Shown: one piece after another, positions 47,637 to 56,351 of the stretch | How positions within the stretch are numbered: the first letter of the stretch is position 1 | Layout of the letters: each line of letters starts with the position of its first letter | Assembly: GCA_036501665.1 (NCBI GenBank) | Contig: DASXZW010000104.1 | Coordinates: 12,902 to 76,901, forward strand | DNA: 64,000 bases | Direction: 5' to 3' | Source of the DNA: Verrucomicrobiia bacterium | GTDB taxonomy: Bacteria > Verrucomicrobiota > Verrucomicrobiia > Limisphaerales > Palsa-1400 | Notes under the pieces: model-generated | Told to the model about the DNA's origin: nothing | The model's database searches: none | What the model saw: only the letters and a program-made list of their open reading frames with translations | Made by a program: the position numbers and the translations under genes

Positions 47637-47664
47637 GGTAGGGACGCCTCGCCGAGGCGTCCGC
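47637..47664 (+). repeat. REP-like 28-mer GGTAGGGACGCCTCGCCGAGGCGTCCGC (copy 2 of 3)
   Basis: Lies in the 243-nt gap between the GspK-like stop (47767) and the subtilase start (47523). The flank CCTAAACTCCGA resembles CCTAAATTTCGA at copy 3. Confidence 0.75.
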
Positions 47665-47766
47665 GGACAGATCAACAGGCCATTCCTTTCAGTCAATAAT
47701 AAAATTCGAGAATTGATGTTCAAAGAGTCGATTTCATTTAGGCGCATTTGCCCTGATGTCGGAAGG

Positions 47767-50700
47767 TTAGTTTGCCGGCTCAACATTGTAACTATCAACG
47801 ACCATTCTGGGCGGCCCGTTCGTATGCACCACATGGCAAACTGTGCGGCTCAAAAATTCACCGGTGATCTCGTAATTTGTGCAAAGGTTGTTGTTCGGCG
47901 ACGAAAGATAAAGGTTCTTTGGCCGGAGCGATTGTCCCCATGCGTAAATAACAAATTGCGGCTCGCCCACCTTCAGCAATCCCATGATCTGCTGCGGAAT
48001 GCGCTCCACTACCTGGTCGGAAACATCCGTCGCAGTGATATTGGTCAGGAAAGGCGACTTGACTGTGAGCGCCGGCGCGGCAAGGACCTGGCCGATCTTG
48101 TGGAACAACCCGTTGGCGTTCGTGGAACGAAACGCGTTTATCCCGTTCGTGGGATCATCCACGAATTGATACACAGCAGTTGGATCAATCGGGACGCCCC
48201 CGTTGACGTTGGTCAATGCGATGACCCCCCCCAAAGCCGCCGCCCACGCGCCATCGTTCGTTTGATTGACAGAAAGCAGTCCGCGCGCGGAATTCGCGCT
48301 CAGCGCAGCTGTAAACACGTCCGCCAAAGCCCAATCGTTGGTCGGGTAAGTGTCCGGTTGCTGATTTCCCGTAGAGTTCCACGGCGAACTCGTCCAGGTG
48401 GACCACGCGTTTCCAGGCAACGACTCCGCAACAGGGTTGTCCGACTTGAAATAAACCGTCTGCCACGGCGTTCCGCGATGAACGCGCCCAAGCCAGCCTG
48501 TGCTTGGGAATTTGTTGGCCGGAAATTGCCACATGTCCGCCGACGTTATACCGGGGTCCTTGAGCAGCATGTCAGTATCCGAGGTTCCAGTTCGCAACCA
48601 CGGATCGTAACGCTTGCTGATGCCGCCCACGCTGTTTGTCATGGGAAGCAACAAATACGCTCCAACTCCGGTGCCCGAATAAATCTCCACGCCGTCCGAC
48701 TGTGGCGCCGGCGGCGGCGGCGGCCATTTCAAATCGCCAACTGTGTAATGCACCAACGGATCATTGGCGACCCAACTGAGACTTTGCTCGAGCACGTTGC
48801 TGGGGCTGTTGCCCGGCGAGAATGTCCACCCTCCTTGATGCTGTTGGGAGCCATTGCCGAAAAGGCTGTTGGCGAAAACCTGATCGCTAATTTCTGCCTG
48901 GCCAATTTGGTTAATCATCCCTAAAGACATTGGCGAACCCGGAAACGAGGTCGCGTTGCCAATAGCCCACACGCTGCTTGCGAAGGAACTTCCTGCCCCT
49001 GGAAGCCCCCCGGAGCTTTGTTGCAATATTGAATTCGTAATGGAAACGGCGCTCCCAAAAGGCCCAAGGTTTACGTAATCGAGCAGAGCAGTACCCGGAC
49101 TTGGGGGGCCGTCAAACAGAGCATACACGACATGATTTGTAACGGTCAGGGTCCAATTATGCAGCGGCCAGGACGTCTGATTGGTGTCCTGCGGCAGGAA
49201 CGAATTGCTCGAAATCACATTATTCGTGAAAAATATCAGCCGCCGCTGCGATTCAGAAAAATAGCAAGGCGGAAGGCCAACGAGATTAATTGAGTTCAAC
49301 GTCACAAAGCCCTTGGTGCTGGCATTCGGGATGCCACTCCATGCGGGCCAATTGATTAACTTGCCGTTGTTCGGGCTTACTGTGGGATCATAAACGTAGG
49401 AAAAATTCGTAACGTAGCCGTAAGAAAAAAGGCTTTGATCATTTGTCAATTCTATGGTGACGTAGTTTGAAATGTAGTATGAGGTTCCTCCACCGGCTGC
49501 GGAGGACCCGGAGTATTGACTCGTATAGGGATTCCAGGCGCCGATTCCAAAACTGTTTGAAACGGCCATGACATAAAACTGGTTCGTGAACTGCGGAGCG
49601 CGATTGGTATCCGGTTGCCCCTCCCCGTTGGCGAATCTGGAGAAAAGAACTTTCCGCGTATATAAAATCCGATTGTTAAAGGCATATTGGTAAAATTGAG
49701 GAGTGCCCTTCTCCGCGGATACGACCCACGGTATGCCTTCAACATTGAAACCCAATGATCCGCGCTTTGCAAAGTCGTTGATGAACCCCTTAACAACGTT
49801 GTTGCTGTTAAGCTGGTAGTAGATCTGCCTCATCTGGTTCAGCGCGACACTTGCGTTGGTGACGTCGTTGGTCCATCCGACGATGTCGATGCCGTCGTTA
49901 ATCGTATTAGGATTGACACGGGCAAATAGCGGACGGAAAACAAATGGATGTCGCACTGGCGGCAACGGGTTTTTGGCTGGGTAAGTGTTTGTGATCGTTG
50001 AACTGTAAATATTCGCCGCCACTTGCAGAATCCGATGGACAGCCTGGTTGTATTGGATTCCGGGGTTATTAAATCGGAAAATAGGAATGTTGGTCACGCC
50101 GAAATAACCAGTCAGAAGCCCCGACTGTTGATAAACCCCGTTGACAGGGACATAATTGGTAAATGTGAACCCTTGCGAACGCAGCAGCAATTCCGCCGCG
50201 TTCGTAAAAAATCCCAGCGGCGTCCAATCCACAAAATTTGTCGGCATCGGGGTGTAAGGCCCCCTCTGGATTTGAGTGGTGTTGTCAAAATTGACGTTGA
50301 CCTTCGTCCGCAAGGTCGGCTGCCCCGCGTCGTTATAAACCCAGACGCCGTATTCCGGTTCAGACCCCGTGCCGATATTCTGCAACAACCGCTCGAAAGC
50401 ATACCGGTCCTCAGTATTGGTGTGAAACCCCGCCCTCAACATCCGGTTTGTAAACGCCACGGAAGTCTTGGCTGGATTAAACAAATCCTGCGGATCATAA
50501 AACATGTTCAAGGAATAACTGCCCGGCCATGGGAGACTCGGCGCGATAATTCGCGTTTGAATGTTGTTTGTAGGGTCAAACGGAGGCTCCGTATTTGCTG
50601 TCAATAAATAAGCATCGATTCCGCGTTGATCAAAGCTCGGGTAGAGACTGGGAAGGAGTCCGTCCAACGACCCGAATCCAATATACTTCGCGGTTTTATA

Positions 50701-51978
50701 ACCATTGTCAGGCCAGTTCCCATACCTAAAATGTAAAATCGCCTCTGCGTCATCAAAGGCAAAGCCCGTATTGGCCCTGCTGCTTGCGCCAAATGGAGGA
50801 TAATACCGGTATTGCAGCGACGGTTTTACGACGTAATAAGGATCGTCAAGAAGGAGTCCGGGCTGATAAAAATCTGGAGAGACAACATCCAGCAATGCGG
50901 CAAGGTTCAGTTCATACGAGGCTATGCCCTGGTCTCGCGCAAATCCATCAGTCTCCGTGAACGGCAACGCATTATTCAGGGCGTTGACATAGTCGCCCTT
51001 TGCGTAGTTGTGAATGTAGTTAAAATCCAGCGTCTTTCCAATCGGAAGCACCATGTAGGCATAGCGCCCGACGAAAATATTCGTCGCGGAATGGCGGTTC
51101 AAAGGATCGCGCAAAACCCCGATCCATTCCGGCTCGCCGTTCATATAATTTACCTGGGCAAATCCCGTTGGAAAATCAAAGTTTGCGGGAGCCTGCAAAC
51201 CGTTCTCCATGATGTAAGGCAAAACCCCGTTAGTCTCAAAACGTCCGTTGCGATTGACGTCCACCCAAAATCGAAAATCGCTGTTATTGGGAAAAGCAGG
51301 ATTGGTGACCACGAACACCGGCGGACGCGGGTCATAGTAAAGATTGGCAATGTTTTGCGCCCAGCCAGCAGGGTCCTTCTGCATGTTGAAAGGCGGCGCG
51401 TTAAACTGGGAGATCGTATAAGAATCGTAATTGACGTTCGTTGTGTCTTTGTTCCCCTTGTTGTAGCCGAACGGGCTGATATAATTCCGCGAAACCATGT
51501 AATCATAACTCAGCGCGTCGCCCCGCGCCTCCATCTGCGCAACGATCTCCGCCTGCGCGCGGTTCAACGCCGCATCGCTCATGTTACGCGCGCTGTCGGC
51601 ATCCAGCGTCGAAGTCACCGCCGCCCGGTCGCGCCGCGACATGGACAAAAATGCCACAGCCAAAAACGTAATGGCCGACAACATCAACAACGTGATGACA
51701 AGGGCCACCCCACGCTCCGAACGTTGAGATGAAGCGCCGCTCCTAAATTTCGAGGTAGGGACGCCTCGCCGAGGCGTCCGCAAACGGCCCAAAGTCAGAA
51801 TAGAGAGGGATGCTCTCGCGGTTGCTCCGCCCTCCGAAAAATTGCGGGGCACTCCAGGACGCTGTGATTCATGCGGTTGATTTACCGCGCATTCACAGCG
51901 TCCCGGAGCGCGCCAGATCCCTGGCGCTTTGGGATTGCCCCTCCCCCACCTCCTGGGCGGTTTTACTGAAAAATTCAT
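47767..51978 (-). CDS. Giant GspK-like minor pseudopilin (1314-1403 aa depending on start)
   Basis: Prepilin-like segment ERG|VALVITLLMLSAITFLAVAFL lacks Glu at +5, as in canonical GspK. It is the last gene in a G-H-I-J-K-ordered set. The ATG at 51978 makes an ATGA overlap with the upstream gene, but it puts a 90-aa Arg-rich leader containing a REP copy (51754-51781) before the TM. An alternative in-frame GTG lies at 51708. Confidence 0.7.
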   Translation of the reverse strand: MNFSVKPPRRWGRGNPKAPGIWRAPGRCECAVNQPHESQRPGVPRNFSEGGATARASLSILTLGRLRTPRRGVPTSKFRSGASSQRSERGVALVITLLMLSAITFLAVAFLSMSRRDRAAVTSTLDADSARNMSDAALNRAQAEIVAQMEARGDALSYDYMVSRNYISPFGYNKGNKDTTNVNYDSYTISQFNAPPFNMQKDPAGWAQNIANLYYDPRPPVFVVTNPAFPNNSDFRFWVDVNRNGRFETNGVLPYIMENGLQAPANFDFPTGFAQVNYMNGEPEWIGVLRDPLNRHSATNIFVGRYAYMVLPIGKTLDFNYIHNYAKGDYVNALNNALPFTETDGFARDQGIASYELNLAALLDVVSPDFYQPGLLLDDPYYVVKPSLQYRYYPPFGASSRANTGFAFDDAEAILHFRYGNWPDNGYKTAKYIGFGSLDGLLPSLYPSFDQRGIDAYLLTANTEPPFDPTNNIQTRIIAPSLPWPGSYSLNMFYDPQDLFNPAKTSVAFTNRMLRAGFHTNTEDRYAFERLLQNIGTGSEPEYGVWVYNDAGQPTLRTKVNVNFDNTTQIQRGPYTPMPTNFVDWTPLGFFTNAAELLLRSQGFTFTNYVPVNGVYQQSGLLTGYFGVTNIPIFRFNNPGIQYNQAVHRILQVAANIYSSTITNTYPAKNPLPPVRHPFVFRPLFARVNPNTINDGIDIVGWTNDVTNASVALNQMRQIYYQLNSNNVVKGFINDFAKRGSLGFNVEGIPWVVSAEKGTPQFYQYAFNNRILYTRKVLFSRFANGEGQPDTNRAPQFTNQFYVMAVSNSFGIGAWNPYTSQYSGSSAAGGGTSYYISNYVTIELTNDQSLFSYGYVTNFSYVYDPTVSPNNGKLINWPAWSGIPNASTKGFVTLNSINLVGLPPCYFSESQRRLIFFTNNVISSNSFLPQDTNQTSWPLHNWTLTVTNHVVYALFDGPPSPGTALLDYVNLGPFGSAVSITNSILQQSSGGLPGAGSSFASSVWAIGNATSFPGSPMSLGMINQIGQAEISDQVFANSLFGNGSQQHQGGWTFSPGNSPSNVLEQSLSWVANDPLVHYTVGDLKWPPPPPAPQSDGVEIYSGTGVGAYLLLPMTNSVGGISKRYDPWLRTGTSDTDMLLKDPGITSADMWQFPANKFPSTGWLGRVHRGTPWQTVYFKSDNPVAESLPGNAWSTWTSSPWNSTGNQQPDTYPTNDWALADVFTAALSANSARGLLSVNQTNDGAWAAALGGVIALTNVNGGVPIDPTAVYQFVDDPTNGINAFRSTNANGLFHKIGQVLAAPALTVKSPFLTNITATDVSDQVVERIPQQIMGLLKVGEPQFVIYAWGQSLRPKNLYLSSPNNNLCTNYEITGEFLSRTVCHVVHTNGPPRMVVDSYNVEPAN
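51754..51781 (+). repeat. REP-like 28-mer GGTAGGGACGCCTCGCCGAGGCGTCCGC (copy 3 of 3), inside the 5' end of the longest GspK-like ORF
   Basis: Identical 28-mer. On the minus strand it is read in frame as ...LRTPRRGVPTSKF.... Confidence 0.75.
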
Positions 51979-52895
51979 CGTGCCACCACCGGAATGCTGA
52001 CCCGGCGACGGAAAATTTCCATCGTGGTCGGCGCGTTAGTACCCATGTAACGAAGAAAAGCTGGCGAAGGACTCGGAATGCTTGCCAGGGCCCGCGCCCG
52101 AATCAAAGCGTCCGGCTCCAAAATGGCCAACTCGACATCCACCGCATTCGGCAGAGTGTTGATCTCCCCATCGACATTGTTCGGCAAGCGAAACCCATTG
52201 GTGGACAATGGATAGGAAAACGATCCTTGAGGCTCCCAATCTCCATAATATGCTTCAACACCCGGCTCTCTGCCATTTTGGTCATAAGCAAAAAGCTTCA
52301 AGCTGACGACTCCGTCCGCCACTCGATGCCAGTAAGCCATATTTGTAAAATTCTGAGTGGCCACAGAGGTCTCAAACGGAACGAAAAGATTATTGGTCAG
52401 TAGGTAAGGAGCGCTGAAATTGGTTTCGAAGCGATAGAGCGTTCCCACAGTGGCGCCGGAATTGGGAACCAGGTTCTGCACCGCGTAACCGACTCCCATC
52501 CACATGGTGTTGGTGTGTTCCAGAATGTATATGGCATCGACCTGGTTCGTGCGAAACGCCAGTGGAGGGTTAAATTGCGCGTTTGACTGCACACTGTTTC
52601 CCGACCAGGACCAGTAAAGGTTCGTGATGCCGGGGTTATTTCCGTCGCTCATGTGGCGCATGTCCGCCGCAATCATGTCCATGACCGTTCGTCCTGCGTC
52701 AGTGACCGTCGCGGCCTTGATGCCGGTCTTGAAAGCCTTTTGCGTCTGAATAAACATCGCCGTCAAGCCCAGCACGATAAAGCTCAGCATCGCCGTCGAA
52801 ACGAGCATTTCCAGAATTGTCAAACCGCGAATACGAAGCCGTTTTCCTGCGGCGTCGCTTGGCCTCTCAACGTATTGTGGCTTTACTCGCTTCAT
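51975..52895 (-). CDS. GspJ-like prepilin-type protein (306 aa)
   Basis: The ATG at 52895 gives MKRVKPQYVERPSDAAGKRLRIRG|LTILEMLVSTAMLSFIVLGL, with Gly at -1 and Glu at +5. ATGA overlaps at both ends. Confidence 0.65.
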   Translation of the reverse strand: MKRVKPQYVERPSDAAGKRLRIRGLTILEMLVSTAMLSFIVLGLTAMFIQTQKAFKTGIKAATVTDAGRTVMDMIAADMRHMSDGNNPGITNLYWSWSGNSVQSNAQFNPPLAFRTNQVDAIYILEHTNTMWMGVGYAVQNLVPNSGATVGTLYRFETNFSAPYLLTNNLFVPFETSVATQNFTNMAYWHRVADGVVSLKLFAYDQNGREPGVEAYYGDWEPQGSFSYPLSTNGFRLPNNVDGEINTLPNAVDVELAILEPDALIRARALASIPSPSPAFLRYMGTNAPTTMEIFRRRVSIPVVAR

Positions 52896-53860
52896 CTGAG
52901 GAATTGGTAGCCTTGAGTCAAGTAGGACTGCGGCTGGAAAAACCACAGTTGCTGCCCGTTGATATGATAAGGAGCACCCGAAGGCAACGTCGCGAACTGA
53001 ACGCCTGACGACACCGTCGTTCTGTAAGTCTGGTGATTCGGTCCCACGGTATAAGTGCCGTTCCCCGTATCAATAACCGGCCAGCTAAAACGCATCTTGA
53101 CGTCAAAACTGCTGTACGCCAGCGACCCGACCGCGTAGGGAAGGTTCGTTATCGTCTGTGGCGTCAACGTAAAAGAGGGAAATGGATTTGCTTCCAGATA
53201 TCGATAATAACGTGTCTGCACGTCAGGACTATTCGTCGCTTCGCCTCGGTTTAGATAAAATTGGTAATTGGTGCTGTCCGGCGCAAAATCGACGAGCGGC
53301 ACTATCTCAATATCCATCTGATACCGGAATGCAGTTAATCGGTTCGCTCCGTTTTGCTGCACTGCCGCCCCGCTCAACGAACGCACGATGGCCCGGGTTA
53401 TTGTAAAATTGCTCAAAGTGACGAAGGAAGGTTCAGGAGTGGAGAGCAACCCCAATATCTCCAGGCCAACGCCAAAATTAGTAAAAGTCGCGGTCGTAAC
53501 CGTCTTAATTGTGCCGCTCGCGACGTAATTGCTGATGATCGAAATGCTCTCCACGTAATTCGTCAGAAAATCCAGGCCCGAAAACGGAAGAGTATCATTT
53601 GCGCCGTTGTTTATAACGGTCAGGTTCGTGCTCCCATTCCGAATTGCATCGAGGAAAAACGGCGCATCCTGGCTGATCGTTGTGTCCTCGCGATTATCCT
53701 TTTGCACACTCATTCCCGCCGGAAGAATGCCAATGACCGCCACCAGGGCGAAACCGATTACACCGATGGCGATGGCTATCTCGACCATGGTGAATGCTCG
53801 TTCGCCCTGGCGGCGCTCTTCCTTGGCGTCTGCTAACAGGTTGTGCGGATAAAGGTTCAT
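52892..53860 (-). CDS. GspI-like prepilin-type protein (322 aa)
   Basis: The ATG at 53860 gives MNLYPHNLLADAKEERRQGERA|FTMVEIAIAIGVIGFALVAVIG. The longer track ORF (to 54265) overlaps the upstream gene, so I rejected it. Confidence 0.6.
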   Translation of the reverse strand: MNLYPHNLLADAKEERRQGERAFTMVEIAIAIGVIGFALVAVIGILPAGMSVQKDNREDTTISQDAPFFLDAIRNGSTNLTVINNGANDTLPFSGLDFLTNYVESISIISNYVASGTIKTVTTATFTNFGVGLEILGLLSTPEPSFVTLSNFTITRAIVRSLSGAAVQQNGANRLTAFRYQMDIEIVPLVDFAPDSTNYQFYLNRGEATNSPDVQTRYYRYLEANPFPSFTLTPQTITNLPYAVGSLAYSSFDVKMRFSWPVIDTGNGTYTVGPNHQTYRTTVSSGVQFATLPSGAPYHINGQQLWFFQPQSYLTQGYQFLR

Positions 53861-54807
53861 TGAAATTGGTTCTGCACAATCGTGGGCCGCGCCGTCAGCC
53901 AATCGATCTTGATCATACACGGATTGTTCGATTCGTTCCCAGGCGGCGCTTCTGTAATGAGCGGCGTCGGCGGCTGGTAAGGCCCGGTGGCAGTTTCCGG
54001 ATAAAAAATGCTTCCCCGAGTCAGCGTAATGTATTGGTTCGTGGATGTCAGCAGCGTCCCTTGCGGCGTAAAACCAATGTAAGGCAGGTTCATGTAAGTG
54101 CCCGCGTTGATGGACGGAAATGGAAACGAATTGCTGGCAAAGCCATACACATAATCGGCATTCGTTGTATTGTTTATTGTATTGGTTGTGCGAATCGTCG
54201 CGCCGCGAAATTGTGAGTTGAATTGCATGGGCCAGATGAAAACGCCGCTGGGCAGCGTCTGCCATTCCGTCAGATAATGTGGATAATGTTGGCCGGGTTG
54301 GTCGCCAACTGTTCGGTCGCTTATGATTGCATACGATACAAATTGATGTTCCAACAAGTTTGTTAGTTGCGGCGTGAGCTGCGCCTTTTCCTGGATGACA
54401 CTATTAAAATCACCCGAATAAGAAGGAACGAAAACCATATATACCGTGGAACGGTTCACCAGCGCCCGGTTGCGCGCCCGCGCCACGTCGTCCATCAATT
54501 GCCGTGTCGCCGCAGTAACGCCGTTGGCGCGGTTAAATCCGCCCACATGAGGCAGCGCCATCGCCGCGATAAACCCGATGATCGCCATGACCACCAGCAG
54601 TTCCAACAACGTGAACGCGCTTAACCTCCCCAACCGCCGATCTCCCCGCAAACCACGCCCGCGCAAGCCAAACCCGCGTCGCGCTTCTGGAAAACTTGTC
54701 CGGCGCGCCTTCCGCATCCCAACAATCATCGGCTGCGCCCCCGGCTGCTCAAGCCACTCGACAACGAGGCGCTTGATAACGGGTTTATTTTTTGCAGTGA
54801 CGCGCAT
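53857..54807 (-). CDS. GspH/FimT-like prepilin-type protein (up to 316 aa)
   Basis: ...GRLSA|FTLLELLVVMAIIGFIAAMALP, followed by TAATRQLMDDVARARNRALVNRSTVYMVF, which matches the GspH/FimT-like pattern. It has a long Arg/Gly-rich leader, and the start could also be at 54729 or 54717. Confidence 0.65.
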   Translation of the reverse strand: MRVTAKNKPVIKRLVVEWLEQPGAQPMIVGMRKARRTSFPEARRGFGLRGRGLRGDRRLGRLSAFTLLELLVVMAIIGFIAAMALPHVGGFNRANGVTAATRQLMDDVARARNRALVNRSTVYMVFVPSYSGDFNSVIQEKAQLTPQLTNLLEHQFVSYAIISDRTVGDQPGQHYPHYLTEWQTLPSGVFIWPMQFNSQFRGATIRTTNTINNTTNADYVYGFASNSFPFPSINAGTYMNLPYIGFTPQGTLLTSTNQYITLTRGSIFYPETATGPYQPPTPLITEAPPGNESNNPCMIKIDWLTARPTIVQNQFQ

Positions 54808-54815
54808 GAAAGTGG

Positions 54816-55499
54816 TTACCAGTTTCCGTTCGTTTCAATCACAGCCTGGCCGCTCTTTGTACCGACTTGAAATTCCGCCCACAAATCATAGCTGTTCTGG
54901 TTGTGGCGCCTCGGACTGGAAGCGTCATAATGCCAGAAATTTGGTTGGGTCTTGACCAATTGCGCGGGCACCAGCAGGCCCAGCACCGCTTGCGGCCCGG
55001 TCGCGCTGGTTCCGGGGTAATTCGTGTAATCCTGCTTTTTCGGTGCGGGTCTGAAGAAATTCTGCGGCTCAGAAGAGTCGGCATTGGCAATGCCATTGCG
55101 GTTCAGATACTTGGCAAATGGCCCTCCAGCGCTCAGCGAAATAAGATCGCCGGTAAAAATGATCGCCTGGGTGGAGTTCGTATTAGTAACCCCGGTCAAT
55201 TCATATATTAAGGCATTTGAAGCGGTAAGGCTCTCGTAAGTTTGCGGTGTAACGGCAGGAACCAATCCGGCAAGGTTTCCATTGTCCGGCGGATAAAAAT
55301 TCAACTTCGCCTGATAATTATCGATCATCGTCTGGAGCTTTTCCCGCTCCGCCTTGACCGCCGTTTCCATTTTGATCTTCGCCGCATATTGCCCGCCCGT
55401 AAGGATCATCGCCGCGATGATCCCCATGATCGCGATGACCGTAAGGATTTCGATCAGCGTAAACGCCTCTTGCCCCGATTTTGTATGATTAAGCTTCAT
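54816..55499 (-). CDS. GspG-like major pseudopilin (227 aa)
   Basis: MKLNHTKSGQEA|FTLIEILTVIAIMGIIAAMIL, then KAEREKLQTMIDNYQAKLNFYPPDN, which resembles the GspG-type 'Y..d.G.YP' segment. The start is separated from the brnA-like stop by 1 nt. Confidence 0.75.
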   Translation of the reverse strand: MKLNHTKSGQEAFTLIEILTVIAIMGIIAAMILTGGQYAAKIKMETAVKAEREKLQTMIDNYQAKLNFYPPDNGNLAGLVPAVTPQTYESLTASNALIYELTGVTNTNSTQAIIFTGDLISLSAGGPFAKYLNRNGIANADSSEPQNFFRPAPKKQDYTNYPGTSATGPQAVLGLLVPAQLVKTQPNFWHYDASSPRRHNQNSYDLWAEFQVGTKSGQAVIETNGNW

Positions 55500-55500
55500 G

Positions 55501-55800
55501 CTATCCGTTTTGAGCCCGCGCGCCCGACTTCTGTTCGCGCATTTCCTGTTCCATCCGTTCGCTCAGCCATTGCTTGATCATGCTTTGATAATTTAAAAAC
55601 CGTGTTCTGGCCAGCCGCTTAATTCGTGCCAACATTCGCGGATCCATCCGAAGACTGATCGCCACTGAGTCCGCCAGCTCATTTGACATCACCGACGACT
55701 CCATCAGCCGGACCTCAATTCGGTTCTCAGCCCAGAACGCCGCCTCGGATTCTTCGCGGTCGAACAGCGGAACTTCTTCCCAATTTGCGATGGCATTCAT
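55501..55800 (-). CDS. brnA: BrnA-like (CopG/RHH) antitoxin
   Basis: VAISLRMDPRMLARIKRLARTRFLNYQSMIKQWLSERME matches the BrnA_antitoxin pattern (isiRld...lk..A...g.gYQtlik.wl.erl). It lies downstream of the DUF497 gene, as in BrnTA. Confidence 0.7.
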   Translation of the reverse strand: MNAIANWEEVPLFDREESEAAFWAENRIEVRLMESSVMSNELADSVAISLRMDPRMLARIKRLARTRFLNYQSMIKQWLSERMEQEMREQKSGARAQNG

Positions 55801-55810
55801 GGTATTGAAA

Positions 55811-56098
55811 CTATTGCGCCAGCGTTTGATTTAATTTTCGTTGATAGAGATATTTCTCTTCAACCTCAAAAGGACGCGCGAAAATCACGCGCGCCTGCTT
55901 GCCGTTCGTGCGGTAAACGGTAAAAATCCCCGTCCCGTCGGACGCTGTCCCCAAGTTAAAAAACCGAGCCTGAACCGCAAACCGGGGCGAATCCGGCAAC
56001 AAACGCACAGCAAAAGGATCCTCAAAAGACTCTTCAATCGCCTGCAAAGTCAGCGTCCGAGCTAAATTGAACGGCGGATTGTTCCAGTCAAATTCCAT
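55811..56098 (-). CDS. brnT: BrnT-like (DUF497) toxin
   Basis: MEFDWNNPPFNLA...IEESFEDPFAVRLLPD...ARFFNLGTASDGTGIFTVYRTNGKQARVIFARPFEVEEKYLY follows the DUF497 layout (FEWD..., F.DP, ...R...iG..., iRiIsAR.a...E...Y). Confidence 0.7.
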   Translation of the reverse strand: MEFDWNNPPFNLARTLTLQAIEESFEDPFAVRLLPDSPRFAVQARFFNLGTASDGTGIFTVYRTNGKQARVIFARPFEVEEKYLYQRKLNQTLAQ

Positions 56099-56124
56099 AC
56101 TTTGTAAACCTTTTGGCCATGCAA

Positions 56125-56144
56125 TGTATTTACGTTGTATTTAC
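56125..56144. promoter_or_regulatory. Direct repeat TGTATTTAC-GT-TGTATTTAC upstream of brnT
   Basis: Read directly, 27-46 nt upstream of the brnT-like ATG (56098). It is a candidate BrnA operator or promoter element. Confidence 0.25.
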
Positions 56145-56251
56145 TACACGCAAAACGGTCGGTCAAGGGCTTTTTGCTGAAATTGGAGTTTTTCCAAAAA
56201 ATCAGGGAAACCCTGACTAAAAGTGCTCGTAGAAAAAAGAATTTCAACCGT

Positions 56252-56307
56252 CTGAAATCTGATTTCTGAGTTCTGGATTCTGTATTCTACCTCCCGATTT
56301 CTGAAGA
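56252..56307. repeat. Heptad-periodic tract (CTGnnTT)n
   Basis: ctgaaat ctgattt ctgagtt ctggatt ctgtatt ctacctc ccgattt ctgaaga. Five clean CTGnnTT units are followed by three degenerate ones. It lies in the divergent intergenic region between brnT and the DUF3857-like gene. Confidence 0.5.
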
Positions 56308-56351
56308 TTTTAGGGTTGATTGTGACAATCGTTGGAGGTATTCAACATCAG

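Noticed and set aside
47713-48924. 403-aa plus-strand ORF (and similar ones at 50812..51732, 50023..50607, 44611..45471 and 41152..41730).
   Set aside because: They are antisense to the GspK-like and subtilase genes. The composition is Arg-rich and they carry no motifs.
52892-54265. Long 457-aa version of the GspI-like ORF, and the 393-aa, 312-aa and 702-aa longest versions of other track ORFs.
   Set aside because: The N-terminal extensions overlap the upstream genes and are Arg/His-rich nonsense. Internal ATGs that give ATGA coupling or proper signal/prepilin N-termini were preferred.
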